Below are positions 49,126 to 58,136 of a DNA stretch of 64,000 nucleotides, piece after piece. The notes under the pieces are model-generated. The model saw nothing but the letters and a program-made list of their open reading frames with translations, was not told where the DNA came from and searched no databases. The stretch spans positions 242,961 to 306,960 of the forward strand of contig JAUSIK010000016.1 of the NCBI GenBank assembly GCA_030648155.1. Direction: 5' to 3'. A program made the translations under genes and the position numbers. Each line of letters starts with the position of its first letter. The stretch's first letter is position 1. The stretch is from Nanobdellota archaeon (GTDB taxonomy: Archaea > Nanobdellota > Nanobdellia > Pacearchaeales > GW2011-AR1).

Positions 49126-49281
49126 TTTAGTTTATATTTGTATAATCATGTATAAACTAGTATTTAAACATTTCTGAATTTTTTTTGGATGTAACTATTA
49201 TATAAAATATTTAAACTTCACAGCTTTTTAGTTTATATATACTAAGGGAGAAAATTAGTTATATGGGAACAAGGATTAAAA

Positions 49282-49503
49282 ATGCGATTCGATGAAAAAA
49301 ATATTAACAGAATAATGAAAAAATATAAAGATGCTTTTGATATTTTAGAATATTATGACAGGACGCGTATAAAATTATGGGGTAGGGAAAGAATAGATAT
49401 TACCCTACATAGAAAAATAATCAAGAAACTTAGAGATTTAAAGAAAAAAACTGGGAAGCCAATATCTAGGATTATAGAAGAATCTTTGGAAAAGAATTTA
49501 TAG
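49282..49503 (+). CDS. Small ribbon-helix-helix protein
   Basis: RIDITL...IKKLRDLKKKTGKPISRIIEE. Confidence 0.7.
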   Translation: MRFDEKNINRIMKKYKDAFDILEYYDRTRIKLWGRERIDITLHRKIIKKLRDLKKKTGKPISRIIEESLEKNL

Positions 49504-49540
49504 GGCTATTTTATTTAAAATTAAATAATATTGTCTATAA

Positions 49541-50248
49541 TTAAGCTCGTCCTTTAAGAAAAGCCTGCCTTTTATCTTCTGGAAATTTTTCAATTGCATA
49601 CCTTAAAGATGTTCTAGGCATTGTCTTATAATGTTTATTGAGAAAAGTAATGAGTACTGCCTGGTTTCTTTTTCCTATTTCCCTTAACATCCAACCTACT
49701 GCTTTTTGTATTAAATCATGTTTATCTTGGAGAAGAATTTCGGCTATTTTAATGGTATTTTCAAATGAATTATTTTTTATGAAATGAAATGTTGCAATTA
49801 TGGAAATTCTCCTTTCCCAGATATTTTCTGATTTTGATAATTCATAAAGTATATCTTTTGATTTATCATTAAGATAATGCCCTACTATTTTATCTGCTGA
49901 AAGATCTACTAAATCCCAATTATTTATTTTAGAGGTATTAGATAAATAAAAAGAATATATTTTTTCTCTTTCTGGTTCACTAGCTTTTTGATAATTATTT
50001 ACTAATATTAAAAGTGCAATAAGTCTCTCTTCGTGGATTTTGGATTTCAATAGAATGTTTATATCTTCAAAAGAAATCAGGCAGTATTTTTTGGCTAAAA
50101 TTCTTGATTGAGGGACTGTCAATCCAATAAAAATATCGCCTTCGCCATACTCGCCTGGTTTTGTTTTAAAAAAACCCTGCATTACTTTTGCTTTTGCTGG
50201 ATTTTCTAGAGATTTTATTTCTTTTATTAAAGTTCTTAATGAATTCAT
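49541..50248 (-). CDS. DNA alkylation repair protein (AlkD-like)
   Basis: FFKT.PGEYGEGD, NNWDLVD, WERR, KAVGWMLREIGK, LRYAIE. Confidence 0.92.
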   Translation of the reverse strand: MNSLRTLIKEIKSLENPAKAKVMQGFFKTKPGEYGEGDIFIGLTVPQSRILAKKYCLISFEDINILLKSKIHEERLIALLILVNNYQKASEPEREKIYSFYLSNTSKINNWDLVDLSADKIVGHYLNDKSKDILYELSKSENIWERRISIIATFHFIKNNSFENTIKIAEILLQDKHDLIQKAVGWMLREIGKRNQAVLITFLNKHYKTMPRTSLRYAIEKFPEDKRQAFLKGRA

Positions 50249-50256
50249 ATTGAAAA

Positions 50257-50739
50257 TTATATCTTGCTTTTTAATATCTTTTCTATTATACTTGTTGTTG
50301 AATAACCTTCTTCAAAAGGGAAATTTTTGAATTTTCCATCCCATTTTTTTAAAAGAAATTGCTCTTCTTTAATTCTTTCAGGAATGAAAGAGCCTCCCTT
50401 TACATGAATATGGGGTTGAATATTTTCTAGAAGGTTTAATGGGGTGTCGTCATTAAATATAGTAATGTAATCCACTGATTCTAATGCTGAAAGCATTATT
50501 GACCTGTCATTTTCGTTTTGTATTGGTCTTGATGGGCCTTTTAATTTTTTAACAGAAATGTCTGAATTTAATAATACAATTAATATATCTCCTTCAAATT
50601 TTGCTTTTTCTAGCAAATTAATGTGTGCTGGATGCAATATATCAAAAGAGCCGTTTGTAGTTACGATTGTTTTTCCTTTTTGCTTTAATGTTTTAGATAT
50701 TTGAGATATTTCTTCAAGAGATTTTAGTTTGGATGGCAT
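50257..50739 (-). CDS. RfaE domain II-type nucleotidyltransferase
   Basis: TNGSFDILHPAH, LNSD.SV..LKG..RP, VKGG, STTSII. Confidence 0.9.
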   Translation of the reverse strand: MPSKLKSLEEISQISKTLKQKGKTIVTTNGSFDILHPAHINLLEKAKFEGDILIVLLNSDISVKKLKGPSRPIQNENDRSIMLSALESVDYITIFNDDTPLNLLENIQPHIHVKGGSFIPERIKEEQFLLKKWDGKFKNFPFEEGYSTTSIIEKILKSKI

Positions 50740-50785
50740 TTATTAAGAAGAAGGACAATCTTAATAAAATTAATTATTATTAGAG

Positions 50786-51457
50786 TTATTCAGTTTTAGG
50801 CAAAATCCCATATCCTGAAGCTGGCCAATCATCTTCTGATGCTGCTTCAGGATAAAAGTAAATACTGCCTTTACGATAGCATGGGTAGAACCTACGTGGT
50901 TGGGTTAAACCATAATGCCTATGTTCCATGCTCCAACCTGCACGGGATAATCCATAACGAGTTGTTTTAATTTCCCCATATTTTTTCGCTCCATCAACTC
51001 CAGCAAGAGCCAGTACAACTTCATCTTCACTAGATTTAGAAACCGTTTTTTGTCCCCATTTGATAAATCTAACTTTTTTATCTTCTGAGGCTAATTTTTT
51101 TTCTAAATCAACCCTATCCATTTTTATAGCTCTATGGAAGATAGACCCTTCAACTTGTGGATGATCTTCAATATATACTCCTTCCTTTGGAAGAAATAAA
51201 ATTCCTGTGTAGGCCCATATTCCTAGATCATTTGATAAAGCGATAATTTCTTTAGAAAACTTTTCTTCTGGATTTTTCCAAGCATGATCTATAAGGGAAA
51301 TTACTTCTGAAAATACGGGCGTTATAAGACCAGAAGATTCTATTTGTTTTTTTACTTCAAAATAAGAACCCTCATTCATAGGTCTCTGGCAAAAAAGAAT
51401 TTGAATATCTAAATGTGAAATTGATTTTGCGTTTTCTCTTGAAAGAGTTTCATTCAT
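50786..51457 (-). CDS. Hypothetical protein
   Basis: 223-aa ORF with TATA-like TTTAAA about 25 nt upstream. Confidence 0.7.
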   Translation of the reverse strand: MNETLSRENAKSISHLDIQILFCQRPMNEGSYFEVKKQIESSGLITPVFSEVISLIDHAWKNPEEKFSKEIIALSNDLGIWAYTGILFLPKEGVYIEDHPQVEGSIFHRAIKMDRVDLEKKLASEDKKVRFIKWGQKTVSKSSEDEVVLALAGVDGAKKYGEIKTTRYGLSRAGWSMEHRHYGLTQPRRFYPCYRKGSIYFYPEAASEDDWPASGYGILPKTE

Positions 51458-51523
51458 ATTTTTTTAAATAATAAAGGGTATTTAAAGTTTATAGGCGAAA
51501 ATTTACTATTTATTGATAGAAAA

Positions 51524-52060
51524 TTATTTCTTCAAAGCCATTCTATGATAACTTTCTTCCTTCTTTTTGCTTAGATGCTTTTGAGCTTTTGCATCTAATT
51601 TAGCTTCTTTTGCGTGAAGTTCTGCTACTGCGATTTCCTTTTCCTTTTCTTCCTTCTTTTCTGAACTCGCTTCTGATGTTTTTGGCTCTTCGGTTTTTGG
51701 AGTCATTTTTGGAGTTTCTTTTTTGTCTTCTTTTTTATGCAATCTATCTAATTTTGCTTTATGGAATTTTACTCTCTGCGGTAATTCTACAAATTCCACT
51801 TTAACTATGTCTCCTTCTTTTATTGCTTTTATTTTTACCTTTGATGGAGGATGCCTTCTGCCTCGAAACCATATTTCGTTATTAAGAAATACATCTAACT
51901 TTACTTTGTTTACATCTCTATCTGCAACTTTCATATGCTTTGCTACAAATTCCTTTATTGCTTTGATAGCTTTTCTGCCCCTTTCGTATTGGGCTGCTTT
52001 TAACCAGACCTTTCTAAGAGGAATAGTATATTCTCTTTCTTGTATTTTACTTTCTGCCAT
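51524..52060 (-). CDS. rpl31e: 50S ribosomal protein L31e with charged C-terminal extension
   Basis: EREYTIPLR, KAIK.IKEFV.KHMK, LNNEIW.RG..PP. Confidence 0.93.
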   Translation of the reverse strand: MAESKIQEREYTIPLRKVWLKAAQYERGRKAIKAIKEFVAKHMKVADRDVNKVKLDVFLNNEIWFRGRRHPPSKVKIKAIKEGDIVKVEFVELPQRVKFHKAKLDRLHKKEDKKETPKMTPKTEEPKTSEASSEKKEEKEKEIAVAELHAKEAKLDAKAQKHLSKKKEESYHRMALKK

Positions 52061-52061
52061 T

Positions 52062-52262
52062 TTAACCTAGATGCTGCTTATGGGCTCTTCTCGGCTTTAT
52101 CTTTAATTTAGTTCTTCTCCAATGCCTTCTATGCTTGGTAATTTGAGATGGATGGACTTTTTTTCCTGGACCGAATCTTCTAACAACTGCCCAAAACGGA
52201 GCCCATTGTGTATGCCTTGTCTCTACTCCAAGATGGATTTTTTTAGTGTATGAGTGAGTCAT
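52062..52262 (-). CDS. rpl39e: 50S ribosomal protein L39e
   Basis: AP.W, RRHWRRTKLK; located between rps19e and rpl31e. Confidence 0.85.
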   Translation of the reverse strand: MTHSYTKKIHLGVETRHTQWAPFWAVVRRFGPGKKVHPSQITKHRRHWRRTKLKIKPRRAHKQHLG

Positions 52263-52669
52263 TTCGCAACCTCTTCTAAAAATGATCTGCCTTTTTCTGT
52301 TAGTTTTCTTCCTGCTTTTTTTTCCTTTGATTTTTCTAAAAATCCTGCTTTTTCCGCTTGCTGTAAAATAGAACGGATTATTTTTCCACCTGATCTTCTG
52401 AATTCAGCAGGTTTAACACCCCTATCTTTTCTGCCGCCATATCTTGTTCTTAACCTTTGTACCCCTACTGTGCCTCTGATATAAATTTGCCTTAGTATAC
52501 TTGCAGACCTTTTATACCAAAAATCCGGCTCGACAATTGGCCTTACTTTATGAGTTGAACTTTTGACAAATGCAGACCATTCTGGAGCTGTAAATTCAGA
52601 AATATTTTTTAAGGCTAATGCTAGGGCTTTGTTATATTTATCTGGGTGAATTGTTCTTATATCTGCCAT
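52259..52669 (-). CDS. rps19e: 30S ribosomal protein S19e
   Basis: PEW..FVK, WY.RSASILR, YGGRK.RG..P, GKIIR.ILQ. Confidence 0.95.
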   Translation of the reverse strand: MADIRTIHPDKYNKALALALKNISEFTAPEWSAFVKSSTHKVRPIVEPDFWYKRSASILRQIYIRGTVGVQRLRTRYGGRKDRGVKPAEFRRSGGKIIRSILQQAEKAGFLEKSKEKKAGRKLTEKGRSFLEEVAK

Positions 52670-52765
52670 ATTAGTTGCTTAATGTGAGTAAAAATCAAGC
52701 CTTATAAAGATTTCCTTTGTAAATCTTTATTCCATTCAACTTCTAACTTTAACAAAAAGTTGAAG

Positions 52766-53035
52766 TTATAAAGATTTCTCTTTAAGGATTTTCTTTGGCT
52801 TGGAAGATCTTTTTTTTAGAATTATAGTAAAACCTATAATTTTATAATTGCAGTGATAATTTATTTTTTTAACAATTTCATTGGCCATTTCCAGAACCTT
52901 TTGTTTATCTCTTTCAGAGGATTTTAGAACAGAGATCCTTATTTGATCATGGGTTTTTAAGCTTAGATTTAATGAGTCTATGACTCCTTCTGTAAGGCCA
53001 TTTTTCCCTATCTGGAATCTTGATTCGAACATCAT
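52766..53035 (-). CDS. YhbY/CRM-domain RNA-binding protein
   Basis: QIGKNGLTEGVI, IIGFTIIL; usual neighbour of rps19e. Confidence 0.85.
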   Translation of the reverse strand: MMFESRFQIGKNGLTEGVIDSLNLSLKTHDQIRISVLKSSERDKQKVLEMANEIVKKINYHCNYKIIGFTIILKKRSSKPKKILKEKSL

Positions 53036-53616
53036 TTTTTAATACTCAAACCTCCGGCTGGAAGAGCGTTTAACAACTCTTGCTGATTAAGAGACTCTTC
53101 TACTGCTATTTGGATTTTAGGAAGAATAAAAGACTTATCTATTTTTCCTGGAGATAAATGAAGTATAATATCTTTTTTTGATTTGACCGATATTGGCGGG
53201 ACTGCCCTTAATTTTTTGTTTTGTTTTGTTAATACTAGACTTAAAGTAACTGTAATGCGTTTTATTTCTCCCTTTACTCCCCAGGTCCCTATTTTCATTT
53301 TAGAAACTTTGTATAAACTTGATAATTTGAATATATCTACGGAAGTTTGCTTTTTCTTAGATTTCCAGGCTTGGCTAAAACAGGCAGTAAAGATAGCGCC
53401 TTCTTTGATATCTACTTCAGAAATTTCATTTGCTTCTGCTAAAATAAAAGAAAATGGGCTTCCAGGCTCGGTTGTGTGCAGTGCTTGGAGATCGTTTTTT
53501 TGCTCTTTTAGCTTTCTAATTAACTGCTCATTCTGCTCTGCGTTTTTTCCTCCAACTACAAGTTTTCCGGAGGAGGTATAAAACCAACGATATTTTAGAT
53601 AATCTTTAAATTCCAT
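53032..53616 (-). CDS. NFACT-R (DUF814) RNA-binding domain protein
   Basis: RWFYTSSG.LVVGGKNAEQNE, H...PGSP, A.FTACFS.AWK. Confidence 0.85.
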   Translation of the reverse strand: MEFKDYLKYRWFYTSSGKLVVGGKNAEQNEQLIRKLKEQKNDLQALHTTEPGSPFSFILAEANEISEVDIKEGAIFTACFSQAWKSKKKQTSVDIFKLSSLYKVSKMKIGTWGVKGEIKRITVTLSLVLTKQNKKLRAVPPISVKSKKDIILHLSPGKIDKSFILPKIQIAVEESLNQQELLNALPAGGLSIKK

Positions 53617-53773
53617 AAAAATTAAGAGAAAACAGGGTTTTTAAGGGTATTTGTTTGAGTTAGAGAAAAATATAAGATTGGAGGGAGGGATTGTTTTAGG
53701 TTAATCCAATATACTAGAATTGCAAGATATAAAATTTAGAAAAATTTAATAATAAGTATTAATTAAAACTATT

Positions 53774-54127
53774 ATGAAGTGGAGAAATTTAGCTCCTGGA
53801 TTAATAAGACAAAGAGTAATTATAGAATGTACTACAAAAAGAATTGTTGAACCAGAACAAATAACATCTTACTTGAAAGGATTAGCTAAAGTGACTATGA
53901 TGGAAGTATTGTCAGAACCTAGGGCTTATAGTGGTCATGATATGGGTTATGGGGGTTGGATACATTGGAATTCTTCTAGTGCTTCTGTTTATAGTTATCC
54001 GACAAATCCCCCATTATTTACAGTTGACTGTTATATCTGCAAACCTTTTTCAGCAAAAGAAGCAGCGGAATTTACAAAAAGATATTTTAATTCTTTTGAG
54101 ATGGTCTATAAAGAAGTAAAGGTGTAA
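53774..54127 (+). CDS. S-adenosylmethionine decarboxylase-like protein
   Basis: GYGGWIHW.SS..VY, TVDCY.CKPF. Confidence 0.65.
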   Translation: MKWRNLAPGLIRQRVIIECTTKRIVEPEQITSYLKGLAKVTMMEVLSEPRAYSGHDMGYGGWIHWNSSSASVYSYPTNPPLFTVDCYICKPFSAKEAAEFTKRYFNSFEMVYKEVKV

Positions 54128-54153
54128 TTTGTAAAAATATTTATTCTAATAAA

Positions 54154-54735
54154 TCAAAACAAACCTTTAGATTCTATTTTTACAAAGAAACTTAAATCAG
54201 CGTAAGGAGAGTTTGGAGATTCACCTTTATCCGACCTGTAAATTAATATTCTATATTTAGTTTCACATAGAGGTGAATCTTCCGGCACAACTACTTTAAT
54301 TCTTTCTGCATCAACTTCACCAGGACGAACTGACAACGATCCTGAACCAAATTTAATCCATTTTTCTGCTGTTTCTTTGGAGACTCCGCAATTTTCTTTA
54401 ATCTGCGGATCATCGAGTATTGTAGTATATTGGAAATTCTGAGAGCCTATAGCACCTCGTTCTGTATTTTTAACTCCGAATGCTACGCCAAATTCAGAAC
54501 CTTGTTTCACCTTCGCCGTACTTTCGGTTAACTTAAGAATTGCCCTTTCAGAATCATCAACAAATAAATTTTTTATTTCCTCTTTGACTTTTTCATTAAT
54601 ATCATCCACATTTTCTGTAGCCCCTCGGAATATGCCTCTTATTAAAACAAGTCCTAAAATAAGCATAGTCATTGCAAGAACAATAATAACGACAGTGCCT
54701 ATTGAAAGCTCTACAGCACCTTTTTTATTAACCAT
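54154..54735 (-). CDS. Protein with class III (pilin-like) signal peptide
   Basis: KKG-AVELSIGTVVIIVL (E at +3), then a beta-rich domain. Confidence 0.75.
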   Translation of the reverse strand: MVNKKGAVELSIGTVVIIVLAMTMLILGLVLIRGIFRGATENVDDINEKVKEEIKNLFVDDSERAILKLTESTAKVKQGSEFGVAFGVKNTERGAIGSQNFQYTTILDDPQIKENCGVSKETAEKWIKFGSGSLSVRPGEVDAERIKVVVPEDSPLCETKYRILIYRSDKGESPNSPYADLSFFVKIESKGLF

Positions 54736-55084
54736 ACTGATTTACAACTCCCTGCTGATTTAGATATTGGAGTATATCTTCACAACCTGGAAGAGTTGGA
54801 TCTTGCATACATGACTGCACTAATCTAGTTACCTCTTTAAAGGTTGCAATTATAAACCAGGCTATTCCTACAGACAATATGATTCCAAGTATTGATAATA
54901 TGATCCCGGCTAATGCCCATTTTGTATTGTGCCTTTTTTTCTGAATTAATCCGAAGATAATTCCTAGAATCCCTAGTATTATACTTGGTACGATCGTAAA
55001 AAATAAAATTAGACTTAGAAGACCTAAAATTAAAGATGCTACACCGAATTCGTTATTTCCTGTTCTTACTTCCTCTTTTGACAT
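54728..55084 (-). CDS. DUF4190-like membrane protein
   Basis: ASLILGLLS, GIIFGLI, ALAGIILSILG. Confidence 0.75.
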   Translation of the reverse strand: MSKEEVRTGNNEFGVASLILGLLSLILFFTIVPSIILGILGIIFGLIQKKRHNTKWALAGIILSILGIILSVGIAWFIIATFKEVTRLVQSCMQDPTLPGCEDILQYLNQQGVVNQYG

Positions 55085-55383
55085 GTATAAAGTTAGATAA
55101 AGAGTTTTATAAATGTTATGTCGAAGAAAGTAGCTTTAGATGAAGGCTAATAATTCAGAGCATCACAAACTCTACTCCGAAATTATTAGCTTAAATATTT
55201 ATCTCCTCTTTTCTGTTTATTCTTAGTTGTTGACTTATATAAATATTATGTAAATTTTTTTTTCTGATTAAATTAATTAATGAATAATGTTTTAATCAAA
55301 AATATTGAAAGTTTTTTAGTTTGTTTAAAGTTAAATAAAATTTTAAAATTTAATAAATAAAAAAATAATTAAGAGTATAGTTG

Positions 55384-55479
55384 TTATCTTTTTCTTTTTT
55401 TCTTAGAAGACTTCTTTTTTTTAGATGTTCTAGCTCTTGATGTGCTTTTTCTAGAAGTCTTTCTTTTTTTTGCTGGCAT
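55384..55479 (-). CDS. Tiny protamine-like basic peptide (31 aa), absent from ORF track
   Basis: MPAKKRKTSRKSTSRARTSKKKKSSKKKRKR; GAGGT upstream of ATG. Confidence 0.65.
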   Translation of the reverse strand: MPAKKRKTSRKSTSRARTSKKKKSSKKKRKR

Positions 55480-55811
55480 TTTTTGTACCTCTTTTATGTT
55501 TTAATATATACTTTCAATTATATAAATCTTATGATAAATGCATTCGGAATTGAAATATTAAATTTTTTGGTTAATTTTAACCGACGATAAAATAATTAAT
55601 AATTTTTTGTAAATTAATTTATTTTCATTTATTAATTATTTATATAAAATTATTCCTAGTGGAGTCATTTGCAAAGTAATCGTGATTTAATCGTTGAAAG
55701 TTTTGTTATTGAAATAATTCAAATCTTTTGGTTGGTTAAGAAAAGATGCTCGTCGTAAAATTCTGACACTTTAATAACAATATTTAATAATTCAATAATA
55801 TTCAATCTTTC

Positions 55812-56210
55812 ATGAGCTTGACTGAACTTTCTGAGGCATATGAAATTGGGAGAATACAGCCAGTGTATTTTGATGGCAGGGCTATTTCACTTAATGTTCT
55901 TAAAAATAGAATTGCTGCAGATTTGCTTGATAAGGAGGTAATACTTATGGGATATCCTTTAGAGGTAAGGCTTATTGCCTTTGATTCTTTTGGTAGAGAT
56001 TATTTTGATAAAAATTCCTTTATATATTTCTTAGATAGAAAAATAATACCGATATATGAAAATTTGTATGATATAAATATTCTGCTTAAAATTAATTTGG
56101 CTAAAAGCAGTATGATTGGTTATTCTGATTCCCCTTGGGAAGATTCTGCATATTATGTTCTGGAGGAATATACATCAAGTATTTTCAGCCCAATTTATGA
56201 CGATTGTTAA
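55812..56210 (+). CDS. Hypothetical protein
   Basis: 132-aa ORF, TATA-like TTTAAT about 25 nt upstream. Confidence 0.55.
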   Translation: MSLTELSEAYEIGRIQPVYFDGRAISLNVLKNRIAADLLDKEVILMGYPLEVRLIAFDSFGRDYFDKNSFIYFLDRKIIPIYENLYDINILLKINLAKSSMIGYSDSPWEDSAYYVLEEYTSSIFSPIYDDC

Positions 56211-56218
56211 TAAATATT

Positions 56219-56312
56219 GAAATGGGAGTGGAGGTACTCACAGAGTGATCTCCGTGGTAACTGCAACATTTACATGATTGCAGTGAATCGAACTTTTCGA
56301 TTCCTTAATTAA
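56219..56312 (-). repeat. Structured element ending in a duplicate of the tRNA-Phe 3' end
   Basis: 16-nt direct repeat 56219..56234 = 56313..56328 enclosing three hairpins. Confidence 0.7.
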
Positions 56313-56316
56313 GAAA

Positions 56317-56388
56317 TGGGAGTGGAGGGAATCGAACCCCCGACAGCACGAGCTTCAGTCGTGTGCTCTCCCACTGAGCTACACTCCC
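56317..56388 (-). tRNA. tRNA-Phe (GAA)
   Basis: GGGAGTGTAGCTCAGTGG...CACGA-CTGAAGC-TCGTG...GGTTCGATTCCCTCCACTCCCA. Confidence 0.95.
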
Positions 56389-56500
56389 ATGAAAATTAGA
56401 GATAGAGAAGGCTTTTAAATGTTTTTGGAAGTTTAAAAATCAGAGAAATAATTAAATATATAGGAAAGATATAATTTATAGGCATAGGTTATGTTTACAA

Positions 56501-56869
56501 ATGAGAAGCTTAAATAATATTATTGACGAGATTGCTAACGAGGTAGCTGAAGTAGACTTAAAAAAAAGTCCTTTTACTAAAATAGAAAGATTGAGGGAAA
56601 GTTCATATAAACAAGATCTGGATATGGGTGACCTTGGAAAAACAAGGTTAGAATTCAACGTTGTACTTGATAGAAAGATTATGGATAAACCAACATATAT
56701 TTTTAGTGTTGAGTTTCCTAGTTTCTATGCTTTATGGATTGAAAATCCGGACATAGATGAGGAGGAAGCAATTTCTAAATATGGGGAACTTTGTAATAAA
56801 TTGTCGAGAAAAGATTATAGAGTTAACATTAACAGAGATGGAATGTTAAACTTTGAGCTACTAGTTTAA
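56501..56869 (+). CDS. Hypothetical protein
   Basis: 122-aa ORF. Confidence 0.6.
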   Translation: MRSLNNIIDEIANEVAEVDLKKSPFTKIERLRESSYKQDLDMGDLGKTRLEFNVVLDRKIMDKPTYIFSVEFPSFYALWIENPDIDEEEAISKYGELCNKLSRKDYRVNINRDGMLNFELLV

Positions 56870-56873
56870 AAAA

Positions 56874-57187
56874 TGTGAGTCGGGCATAGGCCAGATTTTG
56901 TCAAACTTCGTTTAGCGAACAGTTTGCGCTGATATCTGTCTAAGCGAGCGGCTTGGGCTCTTGCATCAGCGAAGTCAGCCGTTTCATCATTTCCCTTTCT
57001 TCTTAGTTCGCCTCAGGGTTCATTACTCTGAAAGGGCTGTGTCGTTTCTGTTCTGGAGCTTTCTCTCACGAGAATCTGAATTTCTTCAGATCGCTTTTAT
57101 TGATGTCCGGACCTTCCTCAGCATGAGAATTCATTACAACTCTCTCCAATTTAATGGAACATGCCGTGATCAGCTGCCCAACTCACA
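56874..57187 (-). ncRNA. rnpB: Archaeal RNase P RNA
   Basis: P1 TGTGAGTTGGGCA/TGCCCGACTCACA; GAGGAAGGTCC, ACAGAAAC, GATGAAACGG, GCTTAG and ACAAAATCTGGCCTA conserved regions. Confidence 0.88.
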
Positions 57188-57229
57188 AAAATAGTGGTAA
57201 AACAGAGTTTATAAAGTTTGGGTTTAATC

Positions 57230-57583
57230 TTATACATTTAGAATTTTACTCTGGAGGTCTCTTTTTTTATCTTCTAATAAGCAGACACTAATATACTCTT
57301 TACCTCTTTCGCCTCCGATTTCTACATTTGCCCTATAATAACTGCTTTTATTGTTAATTGAAAATGCACCTACTCTATTTTTATCGTTATATTCTATGCA
57401 TTCTTTTATAGAATCAATTAACCTATCTTCGTGATATTCAGACATTGGTAGAAGCGGTGAATCAATTGTTTTTTTAGTGAGATATATTCTATTTTTTTCT
57501 CTTGTTCTATCAATTGTTAATTGACTTGCTTGATCCTGTATTGCTTGATTAAGAACTGAAATCAATATACCATGTTTCGACAT
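57230..57583 (-). CDS. Hypothetical protein
   Basis: 117-aa ORF. Confidence 0.55.
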   Translation of the reverse strand: MSKHGILISVLNQAIQDQASQLTIDRTREKNRIYLTKKTIDSPLLPMSEYHEDRLIDSIKECIEYNDKNRVGAFSINNKSSYYRANVEIGGERGKEYISVCLLEDKKRDLQSKILNV

Positions 57584-57654
57584 TCTACTTACAAATAAAT
57601 TTTATTTATATATATTGCGGTTGTAATGAATATTTTTATAAAGTGCTGTAAACT

Positions 57655-58134
57655 ATGATTACAATGAAAAAAGAGGCTGGTAAAGGCGAGGGAAATAATG
57701 AGAGACTATTCGGGTGGGGATTTTTAATTTTAGCAGGTTTATTTATCGTTATAGGAATGGTGTTTTATGTTTCATTAAGTATAATAAAATCAGGAAGCAT
57801 ACTTGGAATTGGAAATGGTGCTGTTGCATTTTCTCCAGGGGAGGGTGATGATTTTAGTTTTGGAATCAAGGAAGGGATTTTCGCAGTTGTGTTCGGATTA
57901 TTTATGGCCGGTTTTTTGATATGGGCTAAATCAATTATAATAAAGAATGCTTATTTAGGAGCAATAATTGGAATTATTGGCTCTTTAATGATAGGATATG
58001 GATTTTATCTTCAATATAGAGGCCCTTTCTCTACAGGATTTATGACTGCCACTGGATTGGTTGTTTTAATTTATATTGGAATGAACTTTTTTAGTCATAA
58101 GAATCAAGAAGTTTATGATGAAGAAGACGATTAA
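57655..58134 (+). CDS. Membrane protein
   Basis: Four TM segments, acidic tail. Confidence 0.7.
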   Translation: MITMKKEAGKGEGNNERLFGWGFLILAGLFIVIGMVFYVSLSIIKSGSILGIGNGAVAFSPGEGDDFSFGIKEGIFAVVFGLFMAGFLIWAKSIIIKNAYLGAIIGIIGSLMIGYGFYLQYRGPFSTGFMTATGLVVLIYIGMNFFSHKNQEVYDEEDD

Positions 58135-58136
58135 AA

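Noticed and set aside
51524..52262. Extended L31e and L39e as novel fusions
   Set aside because: The extensions are low-complexity charged tails with no recognisable domain
55085..55811. Replication origin in the very AT-rich gap
   Set aside because: No ORB-like repeats or adjacent cdc6/orc1; part of the gap is explained by the small basic peptide gene
56219..56312. Split tRNA, BHB tRNA intron or hammerhead ribozyme
   Set aside because: The upstream tRNA is already complete; no BHB geometry or CUGANGA/GAAA core could be assembled
56961..57194. 77-aa ORF
   Set aside because: Antisense to RNase P RNA
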